DNA of 24,709 nt, from the NCBI GenBank assembly GCA_965648915.1, contig CBFGIV010000032.1, positions 1-24,709 of the forward strand, in the 5' to 3' direction. The first letter of the stretch is position 1; each line of letters begins with the position of its first letter. Under the pieces are notes generated by a model. That model saw only the letters and a list, made by a program, of their open reading frames with translations. It was not told where the DNA came from and ran no database searches. Of this stretch, positions 9,590 through 17,476 are shown in pieces. The position numbers and the translations under genes are program-made. This DNA comes from a candidate division WOR-3 bacterium (GTDB taxonomy: Bacteria; Hydrothermota; Tepidihabitantia; SM23-42; CAYGYG01).

Positions 9590-9946
9590 TTATTCCTCCT
9601 TAGGGCACTTCACACAATTGCAGAAAGCATGGTAGATTGCGCAGATACCACCGAGCAGGCAGATAAATCCCCAGAAAAGGGGCAAACCGAAGATATGAGC
9701 CATTGTTGGTTTGGCATAAGGCAACAAATAGAGTCCGTATGTAATCAGAAAACATCCACAGACAACTGTGATATGACCGAATATCGCAGTTGCAGTGCGT
9801 GTTCCTTTCCAACCAAGATAGATGAGCGATAGGCCGATAAAGAATGGTATGATCTTGACTGGAATGTTTGTAATAAAAATGCCTATTCCACCAAAGATCG
9901 TAAGGAATATACCCAGTCCAAATGAAACCGGTGATTTTATCTTCAT
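9590..9946 (-). CDS. Hypothetical four-TM membrane protein with a Cys-rich tail, 118 aa
   Basis: Four hydrophobic segments, C-terminal HAFCNCVKC, SD GGAGG. Confidence 0.75.
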   Translation of the reverse strand: MKIKSPVSFGLGIFLTIFGGIGIFITNIPVKIIPFFIGLSLIYLGWKGTRTATAIFGHITVVCGCFLITYGLYLLPYAKPTMAHIFGLPLFWGFICLLGGICAIYHAFCNCVKCPKEE

Positions 9947-9972
9947 CTTACCTCCAGCATTATCCTAATTCT

Positions 9973-10452
9973 TCAAATTTTAGTCTTTAAATATTTTAGA
10001 TCTTCCAGGTCCTTTGGCCGGGTCAGGGCCTCTTTGTTTTTTATCAACTCATTCAACCCAATATAATACACTTTTACCATAGTCCTTCTCCTCGATTTTA
10101 CCTGTTCACATTTTTTATTTTCCCAGGCTTCTGAAAAACTCACCCCGGTTATTTTATTTAAGAGGTCAATTCGATTGGGTGGAACACCGAACTGTAAGAT
10201 TATGCCTTCCTCCATCAATTCTTCCTTTTTTTCTATACCCGGGATATTGCCCCTCCAGAACTCATTGAGGGCATTATACAGGTTTTTAATATTTTCAAAA
10301 GTTCTTTCATAGAATATATCAATATCGCCAGTTAACCGCGCATAACCATAGTATATTACAGCCTCACCGCCAACGATAAGATACTTAACTGAGTGTTTGT
10401 AAAGAAGAGACAAGAACTCCTGGATGTCTTTTGAAAAATTAAGCTTTATCAT
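9973..10452 (-). CDS. Nucleotidyltransferase-fold protein (DUF6036-like), 159 aa
   Basis: YLIVGGEAV, RLTGDIDI, RIDLL and KEALTRPKDLEDL motifs typical of this NTase family. Confidence 0.8.
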   Translation of the reverse strand: MIKLNFSKDIQEFLSLLYKHSVKYLIVGGEAVIYYGYARLTGDIDIFYERTFENIKNLYNALNEFWRGNIPGIEKKEELMEEGIILQFGVPPNRIDLLNKITGVSFSEAWENKKCEQVKSRRRTMVKVYYIGLNELIKNKEALTRPKDLEDLKYLKTKI

Positions 10453-10645
10453 CTATATTTTCAATATATCTCTTAATGTAATATCTATTTTCCCTGACAT
10501 CTGGATTTTTCCTGCCGAAAACCTTAATACGAAGAGAATGAGCAACCCGCTGCCGCTGCCCCGGCCCCATCATCCTGTGCTGCAAAATATCATATTTCTC
10601 AGCATCCTCAAAGTTTGCTGCTTTGTGAAAAACTCTCTTCACCAT
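10439..10645 (-). CDS. Small basic hypothetical protein overlapping the NTase gene, 68 aa
   Basis: ATG ORF whose end overlaps the NTase start by 14 nt; TATAAT at 10664-10669 upstream. Confidence 0.7.
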   Translation of the reverse strand: MVKRVFHKAANFEDAEKYDILQHRMMGPGQRQRVAHSLRIKVFGRKNPDVRENRYYIKRYIENIDDKA

Positions 10646-10793
10646 AATAAGAATATGTAGTAAATTATACTGTATGCTTAATAAAGTATAAATCCTGCAC
10701 GGCTCTTCTCTGTCCAGTTAAAAACTGGACACGACAATTATTGGAGTTTATTGAATCTTTACTATTTAATTTTGGTGACGCTAAATCTAACTA

Positions 10794-12239
10794 CTACATC
10801 TTATCGCCAAAATCCTTTTTGAATGCCTTTGCCAGATTCTCCTGCCAGTTGTCGAGTGTGTCAAGTTTGCCAAGGAAGAATCTAAGCACCGGTGGTTCTG
10901 AGACCCACTTCATTCCCTTTACCAATTGACGATTCTTGTAAAGCCAGTTTATTCGATCAACTGCATATTCAATATGGGAAACGGTATAAACCCTGCGAGG
11001 CAGTGCAATTCTGGTCAGTTCAAGATCAGCATAAGCCTCAGATCCATCAGGATTTCTCTCCATTGAGATCGTTCCCCTTTCCATCGCCCGAACGCCAGAG
11101 GCAATATAGAATGCAGCAGTCAAAGCCGCAGCGATATATCCTTCTTTGGGAACATGGGGAATAAACCGTTTAGCATCCAAATGACAGGCCAATCCGCCCG
11201 GTGGTGTAACTACCGGAATTCCGGTCTGGAGAAGGCGATTGGCAAAGTATTTAACCTGTTCGATTGAGCAGCCCGCAACACTCGGATCAGTCATCTCACG
11301 CATACCCACTGCCATCATACCGACCTCCCGCTGCGACATTCCACCATAGGTGAAGAATCCTTCGTAAACTGGCAACCAGGGGGTCAGGATATCAAAGAGT
11401 TTCTTGTTATTTGTTGCAATACAACCGCCCCGGACACAGGTATTCTTCCTGCCGCTCATATAGAATATATCAACCAGACTGCACATCTCCTTTACAATCT
11501 CGGCAACGGTCTTGTTCTTGTAACCATCCTCCCTTTGCATTATCAGGTAGGCGTTCTCACAGATTAAACTGCCATCCAGCACTGTTATCAAATCCGCCTC
11601 TTTAGAGATCTTTACAACCTCCTTTAAATTAGCCATCGAAAAAGGCTGACCGCCAAGCAAGTTGGCCGTGGCCTCCATCCTTACATAGGCAATCTTGTCC
11701 CGACCATATTTTTTTATCGTATCCCGTAGTTTCTGCGGATCCATACTCCCTTTAAATGGATGGGTGCTGTCCGTTTTGAGCGCCTCATCGATAAAGATCT
11801 CCAAAATCTTTGCGCCGGGTAATTCAATATGGACCTTGGTGGTGGTGAAATGGTAATTAGTGGGCACAACCATACCTTCTTTGATAAATGCCTTTGCCAG
11901 GAGATGTTCTGCTGCTCTTCCTTGATGGACATTCATTACATAATCATAGCCCAGAACCTGTTTTACTGCGTCGGCAAAGTCATAAAAGGTCATACTCCCT
12001 GCATAGGCGTCATCCGTAGTTATAAAACCTGCAAACTGATTGTCACTCATTGCATTGGTTCCACTATCGGTCAACATATCAAGGAAGATATCCCTGGTCT
12101 TTAACTGGAAGGTATTATACCCTGCCTCTTTTATTGCCTGAAGCCGCTGGTCAATCGGGGGCAGAGATATCTTCTGCACCATCCTTGTCTTATGCATCTC
12201 TACCGGAAACTCTCTTCCATCTGATGCCTTAATAATCAT
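10794..12239 (-). CDS. tpl: PLP-dependent beta-eliminating lyase, tyrosine phenol-lyase-like, 481 aa
   Basis: DMLTDSGTNAMS, DDAYAGS, HQGRAAE, MSGRK (PLP Lys), YEGFFTYGG. Has the TPL-type specificity residues FTTT, MERG and LRFF rather than the tryptophanase FDTT, VEIG and LRHF. Confidence 0.85.
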   Translation of the reverse strand: MIIKASDGREFPVEMHKTRMVQKISLPPIDQRLQAIKEAGYNTFQLKTRDIFLDMLTDSGTNAMSDNQFAGFITTDDAYAGSMTFYDFADAVKQVLGYDYVMNVHQGRAAEHLLAKAFIKEGMVVPTNYHFTTTKVHIELPGAKILEIFIDEALKTDSTHPFKGSMDPQKLRDTIKKYGRDKIAYVRMEATANLLGGQPFSMANLKEVVKISKEADLITVLDGSLICENAYLIMQREDGYKNKTVAEIVKEMCSLVDIFYMSGRKNTCVRGGCIATNNKKLFDILTPWLPVYEGFFTYGGMSQREVGMMAVGMREMTDPSVAGCSIEQVKYFANRLLQTGIPVVTPPGGLACHLDAKRFIPHVPKEGYIAAALTAAFYIASGVRAMERGTISMERNPDGSEAYADLELTRIALPRRVYTVSHIEYAVDRINWLYKNRQLVKGMKWVSEPPVLRFFLGKLDTLDNWQENLAKAFKKDFGDKM

Positions 12240-12301
12240 CTTACCTCCTTATTAAATTTAGATTTGTTATTTTATTTAATTTCATCAATTATTTAATTAA
12301 A

Positions 12302-13390
12302 CTAAAGTATTTTTTTAAGTGTTCTAATAAGCCTTTTATTCTGCCTCTCGGTCCCGATTGTGATTCTCATTGCAGTTGGAAATCCATACTCTTTTATTGT
12401 CCGACCGATAATGCCGTGTCGTTGCAGAGTTTCAAAAACCGACTGGCTATCTTTATTAAAATCGACAAAGATGAAGTTTGCATAGGTAGGAAGATAAAAG
12501 AGCCCGAGTCTCTTATAAGCCTCGTAGAGGAAGAGTTTACCTGCCTCATTCACCTCGATACTCCTCTCAACATGTTGATAATCATCCAGAGCAGCAATCC
12601 CTGCAATCTGAGAGAGGCGATTAGCGTTAAAAGAGATTCGCATCTTCATTAAATTATTAATAATCTCTTCCTTGGCAAAGCCATAACCGAGTCTTACTCC
12701 AGCCAGTCCATAAATCTTGGAGTAAGTGCGCAGGATCAAGATATTCTTGCCGGCCCGGAAATAAGGGAAGGTATCCGGATAGACCGGATCCCTTATATAT
12801 TCATAATACGCCTCATCCATCACAACCAGGATATGATCCGGAACCTTTGCCATAAACCGGTCAAATTCATCCCTGGTTACAATCGTTCCCGTCGGATTGT
12901 TGGGATTAGCAATGAATATCAGTTTAGTATTATCTTTTATCGCACCGAGCATCGCCTCGAGGTCGTGTGTATAATTCTTCATCGGCACTTCGATCAATTC
13001 TCCACCCGCAATATTTATTGCTATCTTATACCAGATAAAACCACCTTTGGCAGTAATTGCGCTTTCATTAGGTGCAAGATAAGCAAGGGTAACGAGAGGT
13101 AAGATCTCAACCGAACCATTACCAACAATTATCTCCTCCGGCCTTACATTAAATTTTTGAGCCAGGGCGTTCTTTAAATAAAAACAGTTATCATCGGGAT
13201 AGAGAAATGACTCTTTCAGCGCTTTACGCATTGCCTTTAACGCCAGAGGTGATGTCCCTAACGGGTTTTCATTTGATGCCAATTTAATAACTTCACCGGT
13301 AAGTCTCAGTTCCCGAACAACTTCCTCAATCGGCTTACCCGGTTTGTAAGTCTGAATGATTCTAACATTATCTTTCGGCTTGACTTCCAT
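12302..13390 (-). CDS. hisC: Histidinol-phosphate (aromatic) aminotransferase, 362 aa
   Basis: YKPGK, KLASNENPLG, NPNNPTG, DEAYYEY, RTYSKIYGLAGVRLGY, MRITIG. Confidence 0.92.
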   Translation of the reverse strand: MEVKPKDNVRIIQTYKPGKPIEEVVRELRLTGEVIKLASNENPLGTSPLALKAMRKALKESFLYPDDNCFYLKNALAQKFNVRPEEIIVGNGSVEILPLVTLAYLAPNESAITAKGGFIWYKIAINIAGGELIEVPMKNYTHDLEAMLGAIKDNTKLIFIANPNNPTGTIVTRDEFDRFMAKVPDHILVVMDEAYYEYIRDPVYPDTFPYFRAGKNILILRTYSKIYGLAGVRLGYGFAKEEIINNLMKMRISFNANRLSQIAGIAALDDYQHVERSIEVNEAGKLFLYEAYKRLGLFYLPTYANFIFVDFNKDSQSVFETLQRHGIIGRTIKEYGFPTAMRITIGTERQNKRLIRTLKKIL

Positions 13391-13539
13391 CTAACCTCCT
13401 GATATTCTCTCCTGTTTCGTTTCTGACTGTCTTTTCTCTAAGGGTCTTAATCGTAAAAAAATAAAGGCAAATTGCCAATAGATAGATTGTTTAATATCTG
13501 GGGCTATTAGGTTAACTGATTGTATAGGCATTCATTACC

Positions 13540-13567
13540 ATTTTACTCAAAACATCATAAAAATCAA
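13540..13567 (-). promoter_or_regulatory. sigma70-like promoter for hisC-tpl (TTGATT-16-TAAAAT)
   Basis: -35 at 13562-13567 and -10 at 13540-13545, just downstream of a terminator. Confidence 0.6.
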
Positions 13568-13579
13568 GTATTTAATTTA

Positions 13580-13613
13580 AAAATAAAAAGGGTGGTTGAA
13601 TAATCAACCACCC
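13580..13613 (-). terminator. Intrinsic terminator
   Basis: GGGTGGTTGA/TCAACCACCC stem (13590-13613) followed by TTTTTATTTT on the minus strand. Confidence 0.85.
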
Positions 13614-13629
13614 CGCAGATAAAGCCTGA

Positions 13630-14484
13630 TTAATGAATGACCATTACCCGGGCTTTATATATGCCGGCTTTGATAAAGTAAACTCCAGCCGGTACAGAAA
13701 TATTAGCCCGGTCTCTTAAATCCCATACCGCTTTAGTATTACGGACAGGGATAATGTGAACCAATTCGCCGCTGATGTTGTAAATGTGGATCTCAGCGAT
13801 TTTCTCTTTTAAGTCAGGCACCTTGACTGTAACCTTGTTGCCGGTTCGTATTGGATTAGGATTTACTATAATCGAGGTCATAGCCAAATCTTGTGCGGTT
13901 TTTTCTCCCTTGATCCCCACGCGCTCAATGGTTAGTTTCACATAATTACTGGTGTTCTGTGTCGTTCCGCTTGTTGCATTATCATCGGTCATATTATAGA
14001 CCCTTCTCGGCACCGCCTCACTGGTCCGCCACATCGGGACACCAACACCTCCATCGGTCCGCCATCGAATTTCAACAAGGAGATTCAGGGTATTATTATA
14101 ATTGAAACTCACCGGCCATTCGAGCCACTGATTCGCTGGACCGCCGACAGTAAATGAAGCCGAATCAATCATCAACTCTGGTGTATTACCACCATAGTTA
14201 TCATTAAAAACAGTACTGAGTTGAGTAACATTAGTATGACAGAAGTAAAATCGGAAATTATTATAGGTACCTGAATTCGAAGTCGACGGCTGAAAGGCGA
14301 ATTTGATTATCCTGCCTGCATTATTTATCTCACTCTGTAAGAACAATACCTGAAATCGACAAGCATCATAGGATTGGCCCCAGAAAGGAATGTAATTACC
14401 AATAACTGGAGTTCCAATTATCACTTCAGTCGTGTCGGCAAAGAGGCAGGTCATACCAATTAAAAATATCACAAAATGCTTCAT
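13630..14484 (-). CDS. Secreted protein with a T9SS-type C-terminal sorting domain, 284 aa
   Basis: Signal peptide MKHFVIFLIGMTCLFA. Tail PNPI...IYNISGELV...WDLRD...PAGVYFIK. SD AAGGAGG. Confidence 0.88.
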   Translation of the reverse strand: MKHFVIFLIGMTCLFADTTEVIIGTPVIGNYIPFWGQSYDACRFQVLFLQSEINNAGRIIKFAFQPSTSNSGTYNNFRFYFCHTNVTQLSTVFNDNYGGNTPELMIDSASFTVGGPANQWLEWPVSFNYNNTLNLLVEIRWRTDGGVGVPMWRTSEAVPRRVYNMTDDNATSGTTQNTSNYVKLTIERVGIKGEKTAQDLAMTSIIVNPNPIRTGNKVTVKVPDLKEKIAEIHIYNISGELVHIIPVRNTKAVWDLRDRANISVPAGVYFIKAGIYKARVMVIH

Positions 14485-14506
14485 AAAATACCTCCTTTCC
14501 TATTAC

Positions 14507-14534
14507 AATATATTAAAAAAGGGTTCTTTGTCAA
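14507..14534 (-). promoter_or_regulatory. sigma70-like promoter (TTGACA-16-TATATT)
   Basis: -35 at 14529-14534 and -10 at 14507-14512. Confidence 0.65.
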
Positions 14535-14568
14535 TAATTAAAATGGGCAAGCAATTTTTTATACAGGG

Positions 14569-14596
14569 TTGACATTTTTTAAATGATGGATATTAT
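14569..14596 (+). promoter_or_regulatory. sigma70-like promoter (TTGACA-16-TATTAT)
   Basis: -35 at 14569-14574 and -10 at 14591-14596, followed by SD AAGGAG. Confidence 0.7.
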
Positions 14597-14613
14597 GTCA
14601 GAAAGGAGTTGAA

Positions 14614-14913
14614 ATGGAAGAATATCCAGTTAAATATGATGTTGCTTATCCGGAAAAGTTGTCCCGGGGTATACTGTTACTCCGCCTTTTCTTCGGCTGG
14701 CTCTATGTAGGCATACCACACGGCCTATGCCTGGTTGGGTTAGGAATTGCATCTATTATAATCCAGTTTATTGCCTGGTGGGCGGTACTGTTCACCGGAA
14801 AATATCCTGAAGGGATGTTTAATTTTGTTGTCGGCTACTGGCGATGGTGGAACCGGGTCAATGGTTATTATAGTTTTATGACTGATAAATATCCGCCCTT
14901 CAGTCTGAAATAG
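14614..14913 (+). CDS. DUF4389-like small membrane protein, 99 aa
   Basis: YPV...LSRG...IPH...LFTGKYP...RW..RV..Y...TDKYPPF signature. Confidence 0.85.
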   Translation: MEEYPVKYDVAYPEKLSRGILLLRLFFGWLYVGIPHGLCLVGLGIASIIIQFIAWWAVLFTGKYPEGMFNFVVGYWRWWNRVNGYYSFMTDKYPPFSLK

Positions 14914-14931
14914 GAATCTTTATAAAATATT

Positions 14932-14958
14932 AAAGCCCCTGCGAAACGCAGGGGCTTT
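14932..14958. terminator. Bidirectional terminator between convergent genes
   Basis: AAAGCCCCTGCG-AAA-CGCAGGGGCTTT. Confidence 0.85.
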
Positions 14959-14966
14959 CAATTTCA

Positions 14967-16295
14967 CTACCTTAAAACTAGTATCTTTCTGGTCAAAACC
15001 GTTCCTTCAGTTTCGAGTTGAACAAAATAGACACCACTATTGAGATGTCGACAATCAAAAACGCCGTTAACACTCGAACCAATGTGCCGGCCTGAGGCGT
15101 CGAAAATCGAAATCTTCGAACCAGTCGCACCTTCAACGCGGATCTGATCCTGACCGAGAATTGATTTAAGATGAAGTGAGCGGTTATTGCGTAAGGATTT
15201 TTCTTCAATTCCGACCATTGAGATATCGAGGTTTCCATAGATATCATAAGTTGAGCGATATTCAGACCAGACATTGAGATAACGGTTATTCGCACCGGGG
15301 ACAACAACGCCATAGTAATGAGGATAGGTCGAGGTCGATACCTGGAAGGCTGAACCGACCGGTGACCCGCTTCTATTATATTTTCGTCCCCAGAGCTGAC
15401 CCGAGCTTAGAGTATAGGTAACACAGTAGTTTGTGCCATCAAAGCAGAGCCACATCGAATTATAATATTGGACCCCGGTGGCAATAGTAAAAGGAGCGGT
15501 AATCGGCACACCATTACTGTTAACCAGCATCCCTAGTAGATTACTCGATGTGCCATATTCAACCCAGGTAACCATATAGTTTGTGCCATCGTATGCAACT
15601 CTGGTATTATATACCGCATTGGCTGATGTCGCCAATCTCAGGGTATCACCCATTGTGCCATCGGTATTGATGAAACGGCCCATCAGTCTATAGGGTGTAG
15701 CAATGTAGCCCCAGACTGTAAAATATCTGGTTCCGCCATAACAGACCGATGGAGCAAAACACCTAAGTGTATCAAGGGCAATCCGCAATCCGCTAACATC
15801 AAGTACGGTGCCCGCCGGTGTAACCCTTGCTCCATATATCGGATAACCGGAAGAGCGACCGTCACACCAGACGACGCAGTAGTTACCACCACCAAAACAG
15901 ATATCCGGCATATACTGAACACCGGTAGCAGTCGAGATATAGAATGTCCTTAAGGTATCAAGACCCGGAGTGACCCGCACTCCGTGGATATCACCATAAC
16001 TTCAGCACCCTTCGCGCCAGACCACCATAAGATTTGTGCCATCATAAGCCACTCTCGGGTTGAAGACCGAATCACAGAATAATGCCTTACCATTGGGATC
16101 AATGACTGTTCCATTCGTCGTTACTCTTGCTCCAAATAGAGAATAGATCGGCGAATAGCGATAGTCAGTCTAGAAGACATAGTACTGATTATTTCCGTAT
16201 GCAGCACAGGGATAGTATTCTTGATCGGAGTAGGTGCAGATGGCAAAATCGGCATTGAAGAGGGTTAAGGTTGTTAAAAAAACCAATGCGTGCAT
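14967..16295 (-). CDS. Secreted 7-repeat (beta-propeller-like) protein with T9SS tail, 442 codons, containing an in-frame TAG (codon 42) and TGA (codon 98); candidate selenoprotein, this copy possibly disrupted
   Basis: A single frame runs from the SD-led ATG at 16295 (MHALVFLTTLTLFNA) through TAG 16170-16172 and TGA 16002-16004 into the tracked 337-aa ORF. The repeat P.(V)AYDGTNY.VVW....IYG.RV...G occurs on both sides of each stop. Tail IFDASGR...SGVYFV...RKILVLR. Confidence 0.8.
15966..15984 (-). promoter_or_regulatory. Candidate bacterial SECIS hairpin
   Basis: mRNA CGGAGUG-CGGGU-CACUCCG: a perfect 7-bp stem starting 17 nt after the in-frame UGA, with G at loop position 2. Confidence 0.65.
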
Positions 16296-16338
16296 ACTAC
16301 CTCCTTTTAACACCACATACTACCTCCTTTTAACACCA
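16293..16338. repeat. Perfect 23-nt tandem duplication containing SD + ATG
   Basis: CATACTACCTCCTTTTAACACCA at 16293-16315 and 16316-16338. Confidence 0.95.
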
Positions 16339-16340
16339 AA

Positions 16341-16368
16341 AGATTACTCAAAAACTACAATCTGTCAA
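16341..16368 (-). promoter_or_regulatory. sigma70-like promoter (TTGACA-16-TAATCT)
   Basis: -35 at 16363-16368 and -10 at 16341-16346. Confidence 0.6.
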
Positions 16369-16376
16369 TATTTTTG

Positions 16377-16404
16377 TTGACTATCGCTAAAATTTTTGTA
16401 TGAT
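16377..16404 (+). promoter_or_regulatory. sigma70-like promoter (TTGACT-16-TATGAT)
   Basis: -35 at 16377-16382 and -10 at 16399-16404. Confidence 0.7.
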
Positions 16405-16425
16405 ACACAGGATAAGGAGGATATG

Positions 16426-16761
16426 ATGCGCAAAATTTTACTCGTGATTAATGTAATCATTGCGTTGGCGATCTTCATATTCGGGGGTTGTGCGGCTGCG
16501 GTATTTACAACCCCTGCCTATCCGGTTGGTGGTGTCTATACTGAAATCTCAGGGCCGGTGACTGCAACTGGCAATACGGGTTACTCCAAAGTAGGGACTG
16601 CAGAATTTGTCTCGGTCTTCGGAATTTTAGCATTTGGTGACGCCAGCATTAAAACAGCGATGCGTAATGGTGAAATTACCCAGATTCATCACATCGACTA
16701 TAAGATGACCAATGTCCTTGGCATCTATGCCAAATATACGGTAATGGTCTACGGCGAATAG
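16426..16761 (+). CDS. TRL-like family lipoprotein, about 111 aa
   Basis: Lipobox-like IFGG-C; KVGTA...GILAFGDASI..A...G.IT.IHHIDY...TVMVYGE pattern. Start at ATG 16426 (or 16423), behind AAGGAGG. Confidence 0.8.
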   Translation: MRKILLVINVIIALAIFIFGGCAAAVFTTPAYPVGGVYTEISGPVTATGNTGYSKVGTAEFVSVFGILAFGDASIKTAMRNGEITQIHHIDYKMTNVLGIYAKYTVMVYGE

Positions 16762-16891
16762 TTTTTTAATATCCTGAGCGGACGAGAACGAACTTTCTGG
16801 AGATTATTCTTAGAAACGGAGAGGAATCGATTTAAAAATCTTCGCGGATTTTGAAGAAACCCGAGATTAAAATATCAAGGGTTTTTCTCTG

Positions 16892-16919
16892 TTGACAAAA
16901 ATTAAAAAATGAAGATAAT
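16892..16919 (+). promoter_or_regulatory. sigma70-like promoter for HD-glyQ-glyS (TTGACA-16-GATAAT)
   Basis: -35 at 16892-16897 and -10 at 16914-16919. Confidence 0.65.
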
Positions 16920-16929
16920 AAGATAGTTT

Positions 16930-17475
16930 ATGCACCGCGAAGAAGCACTCGATCTTGTAAAATCAAAAGTTAAAAATAAGAATCTTATTAAACATATGAT
17001 TGCCACTGAGGCCTGTATGGCTGAACTGGCGCAATATTTTGGAGAGGATAAAGATGTCTGGTCTCTGGCTGGTCTCTTACACGATATCGACTATGACCAG
17101 ACATTAAATGACCCTGCAAACCACGGTCGAATAGCAATGACTATCTTAGAACCATATAATCTCGAAAGATCGATATTGGATGCAATACTGGCGCATCCTG
17201 GTCATATACCACCCAAAAACCGACTGGATTGGGCACTTTACAGCGTTGATCCATTAACCGGCTTGATTGTTGCCGCCTGTTTAATGCATCCAGCGAAGAA
17301 ATTGAGCGCCCTCGACACCGAATTTGTTTTAAGAAGATTTAAGGAAAAAAGGTTCGCTGCCGGCGCCAACCGCGAACAGATTATGAAGTGTCAGCAACTT
17401 GGACTCAATCTCGAAGAATTTATTAGACTGTGCCTGAATGGGATGCAGAAAGTATCAGATCAATTAGAACTTTAA
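16930..17475 (+). CDS. HD-domain (HDIG-like) phosphohydrolase, 181 aa
   Basis: [37 protein letters not shown]. Confidence 0.9.
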   Translation: MHREEALDLVKSKVKNKNLIKHMIATEACMAELAQYFGEDKDVWSLAGLLHDIDYDQTLNDPANHGRIAMTILEPYNLERSILDAILAHPGHIPPKNRLDWALYSVDPLTGLIVAACLMHPAKKLSALDTEFVLRRFKEKRFAAGANREQIMKCQQLGLNLEEFIRLCLNGMQKVSDQLEL

Positions 17476-17476
17476 G

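Noticed and set aside
10711..10731. Hairpin TGTCCAGTT-AAA-AACTGGACA as the tpl terminator
   Set aside because: The inverted repeat is real, but it has no U-tract on either strand, so no function can be assigned.
16293..16338. CRISPR-like repeat
   Set aside because: Only two directly adjacent copies, no spacer and no cas genes.
16850..16890. Terminator after the TRL-like gene (GAAACCC...GGGTTTTT)
   Set aside because: Plausible, but the stem is interrupted and the loop is long, so support is too weak to list it as a feature.
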